From Octopus sinensis (lineage: Eukaryota), in assembly GCF_006345805.1 (NCBI RefSeq), contig NW_021824765.1, forward strand, positions 1-17,659: DNA of 17,659 nt. The letters are read 5' to 3'. Shown here piece by piece: positions 9,159-17,659 of the stretch (positions are counted from its first letter, which is position 1; each line of letters opens with the position of its first letter). The position numbers and the translations under genes are program-made. The notes beneath the pieces are model-generated. The model was not told the origin of the DNA and did not search any database. It saw only the letters and a list, made by a program, of their open reading frames with translations.

Positions 9159-10044
9159 TCTATATTTATAAAATTGAGTTTGTGTGTGTGTGTGTGTGTG
9201 TCAGTGTGTCTGTAGCCATTTATGTTTTTTATAGAAATCCACATTCAATGTCCGATTGACCTCAAATTTTATACACATGCTCCACAAGGTCAGAGCTAGG
9301 TCATGGCGAGGAAATCACCCCCGTGACCTGCATGCATGATCGGGGGGCATACACATAAAGTGACCTTATGCGCACATGTGTTGCTGAACTTTTGTTCACA
9401 CCTGAATTGCTCCATTTTACACGTTAATTTTGGTGGGAGAGAGCAAAAAGGATCATTCACCAACATGTTTTGCACCTCTAGCTACCCTTTTGACACATTT
9501 TTTGGCCCAATAAATGAAGCACTTACCCTTTCTTTGCCAGGGTTCAATGTAATGCTACCTTAAAAAAGCCAGTTGCCGAACGTTTAGTCATTCCATTGCT
9601 ACACTTTTTACTTTGAAGAAAGACAGCAAAAGAACCCATGTTCCATACTCTTTGCAAGTTCCAATGTGTAACATTGAGCAATAGGCGTTCTTAGTCGAGG
9701 GCCATAGCGGTGGTTCATTGTAAAAAATCACGTCAAAGCTTTTGAAGCCCTATTACTGCTTGCAATAGCTTCTCCGTTAACCATACCCATGCCTTAGTTG
9801 CTGCGTATGGTGTTACTTAGGGAGTAGAGACAACAAGGCGTGCATCATCACTTTTTTGCACCCCTACTCACCCTATTGACACTCTTAATTAAGCAAAAGT
9901 CATCCTTTGCCGGGGCTCAGTGCACTACTACGTTACAAACTTCCGCTGCCAAACATTTATTCAAACATACTAACGCTAAACTACGCCATTTGGAGCACTA
10001 ACTTTTTAGTTTTTGCCAAGTCCAATATTTAAAATTGTGCACCC
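9159..10044 (+). mobile_element. Helitron 5' terminus and non-coding leader
   Basis: A|TCTATATTTATAAAA at 9158-9173, followed by (TG)n and CCGATTGACCTCAAATTTT. Same signature as the 5' end of the 5607-5975 element. Linkage to the downstream RepHel is inferred from strand and proximity. Confidence 0.65.
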
Positions 10045-11350
10045 AAATCCATTCTTAGACACTGTTCATTCCTAGACGGGGATCACTGCGTTTCCATGAC
10101 GGAAAGCAAAGGACGGTGGATTCACCGCACATGTTGGTCCGTATGAAGTAGACAACAGATGGATAGTGCCTTACTGCCCAATCCTGTCGAAGGCATTCGA
10201 TGCTCACATAAATGTCGAGCTCTGCCATTCTGTAAAGTCATCAAATATGTGTGCAAGTACATCAACGAAGGCGCTGATGCTGCTGTGTATGGCCTGCAAC
10301 CAGACGGAGTCCGAGATGAAATAACGCAATACCAAGTAGGCAGGTACATAAGTAGTAACGAAGCCTTCTGGCACATTTTCGGGTTTCCACTGCATCAAAG
10401 GCATCCGCCAATCCAGCAGCTTGCAGTGCACCTTGAAATCGGAGAGCGTGTATACTTCACCGCTTCCACTGCTGCTCGACTGATTGAGCAACCAAAAGAT
10501 ACAACACTCACGGCTTTCTTCAAACTCTGCCAGGTAAGAACTGTTTGCACAAGATCTGCTTTATCCTCAAGTCCCGTCATACTACACATGGAATAAGTAG
10601 CAGTGAAGGAAGTCAGGCCGAACCGTTGATGGTCAACCTGAGATTAAATTTGATAATTGCCTCTCGGCAGAGAGTACAGGGTTCACCCGGGCCAACAAGA
10701 ATGCTTTCTCTTCTACCTTCGATTGCTGCTTCACGAGGTAAAGGGCCCAAAGTCCTTCGACCAATTAAAGGCTGTGAATGGCCATACATGTGCTACATTC
10801 AGAGAGGCTTGCTTACTACATGGGCTGCTAGAAGACGGTGTGCAGTGGGATGCTATGCTTGCAGAGGCTGCTGTTTCACAGTCAAAAAGTCTCAGAGCTC
10901 TGTTTTCTGTACTCCTGCACATTTGCCACTTCCCAATCCCCATTCATTGTGGTTAAAGAACAGACACGACCGACCAGAAGACTTCCATTACCAGGCCCAA
11001 CTGCATCATACCTGCTTGCCAGCTGAAAAGGATTTCATTTACAACTGTGCTTTACTTGACATAGAGAACAAGACTTTCTCTGTGAGGTCATACCTTACCT
11101 CCATATGGGCTGCCGCAACCAGTGTGCCACGGGACGCCTTCAGTACAAACAGAGTTAATACGTGAAACGTCCTATGATACTGAAGCCCTTAATCAATACA
11201 TCCAGCAAAAGGAGCCCAAACTTTTGCCTGAGCAACAGAGGGCTTACAGTACCATCTTTGACCATATGCAGAAACGAAAAAGGTGTATTTTTTTCTTGAT
11301 GCACCTGGAGGGACCAGAAAAAAACGTTTGTTATTCAGATTCTGATATAA
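10045..11350 (+). mobile_element. Helitron Rep-helicase fragment, frameshifted and truncated at both ends
   Basis: DGGFTAHVGPYEVDNRWIVPYCPILSKAFDAHINVELCHSVK; Rep motif 3 IKYVCKYINEG (Tyr codons at 10246 and 10258); GRYISSNEAFWHIFGFPLHQRHP; YLRLLLHEVKGPKSF; TFREACLLHGLLED; the start of a PIF1-like Walker A, DAPGGT(R)K-TFVI, at about 11298-11335. No HUH motif 2 is visible upstream. Confidence 0.95.
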
Positions 11351-11864
11351 TGGAAATCCACACCATCTGAAATGTATTTGTTGAAAATTTCATTAAAAAA
11401 TATCAATCTTTTCTGGAAGTTAGGAGGGAGGCACCTGTGTTAGTATACTTAATTAACTATAAACACACTGTCTGGTACATATAAAATATAACTGAAGCTA
11501 AAACTTTTAAAATATTCTTATTGTTTTTATTCACTTCAACTTACCAGAGAATGGCTCCTGGCTCGTTTGACCAGTAAAGGTGAAGGAGTAAAAAAACAAA
11601 GACATTTCGACTTGTCCGGGCTATTACAGACAAATTAACAACAATTTGACTCGAGAGATAAACACAAACCACTGCAAAACACCCACCAAATTAGCCACGC
11701 ACACATGTCCATTTCATGTATCTTCTTTCAATTTTTGCTCCCTGCAAATAAAATTATTATGGATACAACTACTTACAATAATAGGGATTAACGTATAATT
11801 TTTTTCTATGTTCATAATTAGATCAATGTTTTAATGATTAGACAGACGTCCAATAGACTAGCTC

Positions 11865-12250
11865 TCAGTCCTACAGCGTGGCATCTTGGGCAAGTGTCTT
11901 CTGCTATAGCCCCGGGCTGACCAATGCCTTGTGAGCGGATTTGGTAGACGGAAACTGAAAGAAGCCTGTCGTAATATGTATATATATTATATATATCGTA
12001 TATATATATAATATATATATATATATATGTATGCGTGTGTGTGTTTGTGTGTGTGTGTTTGTCCCCCTAGCATTGCTTGACAACTGATGCTGGTGTGTTT
12101 ACGTCCCCGTCACTTAGCGGTTCGGCAAAAAGAGACCGATAGAATAAGTACTGGTCTTACAAAGAATAAGTCCCGGGGTTGATTTGCTCGACTATAGGCA
12201 ATGCTCCAGCATGGCCACAGTCAAATGACTGAAACAAGTAAAAGAGTAAA
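11865..12250 (+). mobile_element. 5'-truncated tRNA-derived SINE with a central (TA)n/(TG)n tract, octopus type
   Basis: CTTGGGCAAGTGTCTTCTGCTATAGCC...GGATTTGGTAGACGGAAACTGAAAGAAGCC, then the microsatellite, then CCGATAGAATAAGTACT...GCTCCAGCATGGCCACAGTC...GAAACAAGTAAAAGAG tail. Confidence 0.85.
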
Positions 12251-12340
12251 CAGTATGCCCTGTGTAGGGCTTGTGAAAAGGGCTGTCTTCTTGGCACTGA
12301 AACTCCAAATGAGGCTCTGTCTCCAAGGTTTAATAAGTAA

Positions 12341-13134
<794 letters not shown>

Positions 13135-15986
13135 TACCCTCATCACATCTACTCTGATAATGTTTATTTCTATGTCCTCTTCAGAGGACACACTCTATTC
13201 TCATATGTTACGATCTATATGGACAAATGAAATGGCAGTGGGAACTGCCTTTCCCTGTTCACCCTCACATTGCTGTTTTCCAAGGAACTCTTCATGTCCC
13301 CGACACTCAACTCAACAGGGTTCTTCTTTACATGTATAAAGACCGGTCGTCTGGCTGTCGTTTACCCATAAAAAAATCCTTATATCAGAAATCTAAATCT
13401 ACGACTCAAAGAAAAGGAGAATGACCGAAAACTTGTCATTGGTGAAATATGTAATCTGTCCAATGGACAGTTGGTGGTGTCTGACATCAAGCATGATTGC
13501 TTGTTGTACATTTCTGAGGAAGGAGACGTTGTGTCCAGATTATCTCTGCCGTCTACAGCCACAGATATATGTTAGTGGGGTTCTAATTATATAGGGGTCA
13601 CAAGATGGTCTCCAGTGTTTACTGTCCCAAATGAACCTCCCCACAATTTCTATTGTGGATGTATAGATAAAAATGTTATCTGTTAGACAACAATCCCTAT
13701 GTTTGTTATAATGATTACTATTTGGTGGTTAAGGATCTCGTTACAAATAATCAGCTTAATATTGACATGCACATCTATTTTATAGAAAATCTGTGTCAGT
13801 GAAATGTTGTCTTCTAAATTCTATCTACAGGATCTCCCGGTTTCCGAGACAAAACAACCAGTGCAGATTTTTCGTTTGGCTATTACTGAAAACAACCTGA
13901 TTGTAATATACGACAGAAAATAAAAAACATTAAGAAATTCACATTTGATGGTCATCTCTTGGATTCTATCAAATTGAATGTCCTGCCATCAATGTATGTG
14001 CGAGCAGTCAAACCCACTGGTTATTACAACTGGTGATGGTAAAAACCAAATGTTGACATTAAAAGTTGAATTTCAATTGTCAATGGTGATTTGCAGACAA
14101 GAAATAAATATCATTGTATTGCTTCTTTGTCGGATGGTCTACTAGTCTATAATTGGGATGGAGATGAACGTACTTTGTCTTCTTGATTTTGATGAAATCC
14201 ATTTGACTGTGAGTATAATGAAGCAAATAGACATACCCGAGACATTATTGATGAGAGGTGGTGAGGTTATTGATTATGTTGAAGGCATATGCAATATTAC
14301 AGTGACTGCTAATGATTTCATCCTCGTTAGCAACAACAAATTCATCAATTTCCTCAGTAGTGATGGTTAGTATTTACATTCAGTTAGACACTACATGAAG
14401 TATATCAGTATTCATAGCAACATACAGTTTGATGAGAAAAGATATCATCTCTATGGTATTTAGAACATAGTGTGTTTCACACAGACTGGTGACCACAGCA
14501 AAATATATTTAAATGAAAGAATTGTGTATGTAAAGTGGGCTTTAGCTGTATAAACAGTAAAGGGCCGAGATTTATTGGAAGTCACAGAAATAAATTGTAT
14601 GTTGAAGGTTTGTTCAGCTTAATCGGGAGAGATTCCCTGTTTGTCGTTTACAAACAGACGACTGTCCTGTTCAAGTAAAATTTTGATGTCTCTGAGGAAG
14701 GAAAGACAGTCGTGTGTGAAAAAAGCCAATAATGGAAATGTTAAAATATTTGATAGAGACGGGGAGTTGCTATGTCATAGAGATGTTGGAAGTTTAGTTG
14801 GTGGTGTGTGTTTTACAGGAGAAAGAGGTATAATGGTCACACTTCCAAACAGATGAGAAATATTTCAACTGAAGGAACAAGATTTGGAGAAATATAAAGT
14901 TTGGCCAAGTCTAGTACCTTATGGTGTAATATGGAGAAAAGTGGCAGGTATTTACTGGTGTATACATATTGAATTGATTGAATGTCATTGCATAAAGATT
15001 GATGGGGACCAAGTGAACATTCTGGAATCTGTGTCGTCATTAAATCTTGATTCTGGTCTTCGTTTCCCTTCCATTACATCTGAAATTAACGAGGAAATAT
15101 TCAGTAATGAATAAATAAAGGTAGATTAAGGTGAGATGTGGTAATTACATAGCGAAAGTAAGTCAGCAGCTGATGAAATAGCAGAAGACTGCCACATAGA
15201 ACAGCAGTGGTCCCTCTTTCCATTGCCACATTCGATGAACCAGTTATTATGAATATCTGAAGACAGGGACCCGGAACAGTAATCCAATTAAGTTGGATGA
15301 CACTGTCAGTGCATTGATGTTTGAGAAAGTGCCACATTAATCAGCACAATGACAGGAGACATTCTGCAACATAAACAACCACCACCACGGACATATGTCG
15401 GTGGACAGAGGAATGCTTTATAGTTGTCTTTTGTAAAGAAATGATGCTCTTCAACAGAGATCTCTGTCGTTTAAAAACCATCAACACTGGGAAGTACTAC
15501 ACCGGTATTTATAAAAGCAATGACAATCAACTTGTGTGTGGTGGTCATTATATTAGAGACAGAAGTGAAGAGGGATGATGTGTCGACTATTATTATTTAG
15601 ATGTAGTTGGTATCGATGGTGGAACATTGGAATGCAGTGAGGAAGTTTGTTGCGGGGAAGTGAAGGTAGCGGTGGAGTTAATGGTGTTTTATGACATAGT
15701 AGTGACACCTGGTGGTGATATTGTTGTTGTGAAGATGGAGGAGTAGTGGTCAGGAGTATAAAACTAACTACAGTATGGTATTTACAGACCTTGTCTAACC
15801 ACACACGGCAGTTTCGTTCACATAGCAGGTAGAGATAACAATATTTACCAAATACCTGGACATATTGAACACCAAACATCCGCAGGTATTCAACAATATT
15901 TATTGCTCAGGTGTAACGAAGTCTTCCAAGTTCTTGGAATTATTCCACGATGCCAATCTTTTGCTTTCTTTCAATTTGACAAATAA
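13135..15986 (+). pseudogene. Decayed multi-beta-propeller (NHL-like) gene, copy 2
   Basis: Blade-like motifs across shifting frames: HPHIAVFQGTLHVPDTQLNRVLLY; GEICNLSNGQLVVSDIKHDCLLYISEEG; RLAITENNLIVIYD; NITVTANDFILVSNNKFINFLSSDG; FDVSEEGKTVVCE; ending SFAFFQFDK* at 15986. Many stops, indels and deletions. The part 14590-15986 aligns with 1-1752. Confidence 0.75.
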
Positions 15987-16000
15987 ATATTTTGTAAATG

Positions 16001-16048
16001 TGGGTTCACCTGGGAATCAAACCTGCACCATTTACATTGCATTCTACC
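16001..16048 (-). other. Second copy of the degenerate tRNA-derived fragment
   Basis: Minus strand GGTAGAATGCAATGTAAATGGTGCAGGTTTGATTCCCAGG; paralogous to 1818-1871. Confidence 0.45.
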
Positions 16049-16609
16049 GAACAATTGCTGTGACATTCTTCAACACAGTCTCTCATTCGGTATGTACGTA
16101 TTGTATGCTAGTATATTTTATCTCTGATTTTATACATAATTGAATAGTATAAGATGTGGATTCAGAAAAACATGCAGCTATCATAGTAAGCTCCTCTTAC
16201 GAACTTGGCTATCAGACCACAAAGTTGTCAATTACAAAGTAGTGTAATGTAAATTACCCATGGAACTAAATCGTAGGGGTTTGCTCCCCCTGCAAGCAAT
16301 AGATAGGGTGTAGCACTGCACTGATAACCAGCTAGCAGGTCTGCCTGTGGGTAAACTAGTAGTAACATAGAACAGCCACTTTGATGTGGCAATTAACTTG
16401 TTAGTATAGTTACTACTCTGATCTAGTCTTGAGAGTTTGCTTGTTGTAAACAAAGTGACCAATGGTCACTTTGCTTACAATATCAGAGGACTTTCCACTA
16501 AAGCAATAACAAGGATGGGTAAGTGGGGGGATAAGACAGTTGGTGAATGGATGAATGCATAAAGACAGGGATATAAAACTTATATTATGTAATTTTTTTT
16601 TTTAGGTGT

Positions 16610-17140
16610 TTTTATATCACAAGCCAAGTGAAATCACAGTCGTGGCCCGATGCCAGTGTGGTGTAACTGGCACAAGTGTTGGTGGCCTTAAAAAGCACAT
16701 ATCCAATGCTGGGCGATATGTTGTGCTTGAGCAGACCTGTCAAGCCAATCAAAATCATAATTAAGGACAATGCCAATGTTGCATACCTGGCAGGTAAAAA
16801 GTACCATTTGAAATTTGAGCCTCATAGAGGAAGTGACAAGTGACCGAGACCTTTGGCAATATACTGTGCCTGAAAGGCAGCACATTGGCTAGAAACGTTA
16901 GCGCTATTTTGTCTGTCTTTAGGTTTTGAGTTCAAATTCCGCCTTGGTCGAATTTGCATTTCAATCTTTCAGGTTCAATAAATTAAGTACCAGTTTGCAT
17001 ACTGGGGTCCGATCTAAATGACTGGCCTCCTCCCCCAAATTTCGGCTTTTGCAAGAGTAGAAAAGAATATACTGCACTTGAGAAGACCTGTCAAGCCAAG
17101 TGAAATCCTCGTTATAGCTGATGCCAGTGCCCGTACCTGG
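16610..17140 (+). mobile_element. RTE-type tandem-unit repeat interrupted by a SINE
   Basis: Recurring (GACCTGTC)AAGCCAA(GTG)AAATC...GATGCCAGTG units near 16620, 16735 and 17085; TAAAAAGCAC motif shared with 7025-7425 and 17142-17455. Confidence 0.65.
16874..17065 (+). mobile_element. SINE of the same family as 6279-6500, flanked by an imperfect 16-bp target-site duplication
   Basis: GAGTTCAAATTCCGCC B-box; TAAATTAAGTACCAG body; flanks AATATACTGTGCCTGA (16858-16873) and AATATACTGCACTTGA (17066-17081), 13/16 identical. Confidence 0.75.
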
Positions 17141-17141
17141 C

Positions 17142-17455
17142 AGGTAACAAGCATGCTGGCATGGTTGGACGGTTTTGACTTGAGGACTGCAAGCCAGGAG
17201 CTCCACCAGACCCCAATCTGATCTGGCAATGTTTCTACAGCTGGATACCCTTCCTAACACCAACCATCCAAAGTGCAGTGATTGCTTTTTGTGCCCCCAG
17301 CACAAGGACTAGTGGCACTGGCAAATGACCCGCTTGAATGGTTGCTTTTTTATTTGCACCAGTATGACCAGTCAGACGTCACCAGCACGGGGAGCCAGTC
17401 AGCGGAACTGGCAACAGTCACGCTCGAATGGTGCTTTTTACATGCCACTGGCAGC
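17142..17455 (-). mobile_element. RTE-type repeat 3' region in reverse orientation, tail missing
   Basis: CATGCTGGCATGGTTGGACGGTTTTGAC...GGATACCCTTCCTAACACCAACC is the reverse complement of motifs in 7250-7375; GGTGCTTTTTACATGCCACTGGC lies near 17430-17452. Confidence 0.7.
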
Positions 17456-17659
17456 ATTGGAATGACCACACTCCTGCGTTCTAAATTGCAGAAAACACAC
17501 TCACAAACAGCCATATGTACATTAAACAAACTATAAGAAGGGCGCTAAAAGGGCTAAAGGCAGTGAGAAAAAGGCCCCCACCTGCTGACACGTTCTGTGG
17601 TGGATACAGGGTGGGAGGGTAGAAAAAAAAAGGGTTGGTGAGCAGAACATTCCAGAAAC

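Noticed and set aside
10122-11165. Overlapping alternative and antisense ORFs as separate genes
   Set aside because: They are frame fragments or shadows of one frameshifted Helitron RepHel.
16243-16479. Solo LTR (TGT...ACA)
   Set aside because: No target-site duplication in the flanks, and no second copy, PBS or PPT in the window.

Overview
AT-rich, microsatellite- and transposon-dense eukaryotic DNA, not prokaryotic. The SINE and RTE-type repeat families and the style of the C2H2 zinc-finger gene look like an octopus (coleoid cephalopod) genome; this is inference from recognition, with no search run. Main content: (1) two same-strand paralogous copies, about 14.2-14.6 kb apart, of a long NHL-like multi-beta-propeller coding unit. 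Copy 1 (1-1752) runs off the window start, is frameshifted up to about 640 and is intact from 637 to 1752. Copy 2 (about 13135-15986) is a decayed pseudogene. (2) A degenerate C2H2 zinc-finger array of about 8 fingers (12389-13134) that abuts copy 2 with no spacer. (3) A Helitron 5' end at 9159 followed by a truncated Rep-helicase, plus a complete 369-bp non-autonomous Helitron (5607-5975). (4) A decayed non-LTR RT, three SINEs, RTE-type repeats and microsatellites. (5) A CpG-rich promoter-like patch with E2F- and RFX-like sites next to a candidate minus-strand first coding exon (MDFTRRLNYE). Best candidates for novelty: the multi-propeller family with length-variable loops, and its apparent fusion to a zinc-finger array downstream of a Helitron with no clear 3' end. 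All alignments and frameshift reconstructions were made by eye.
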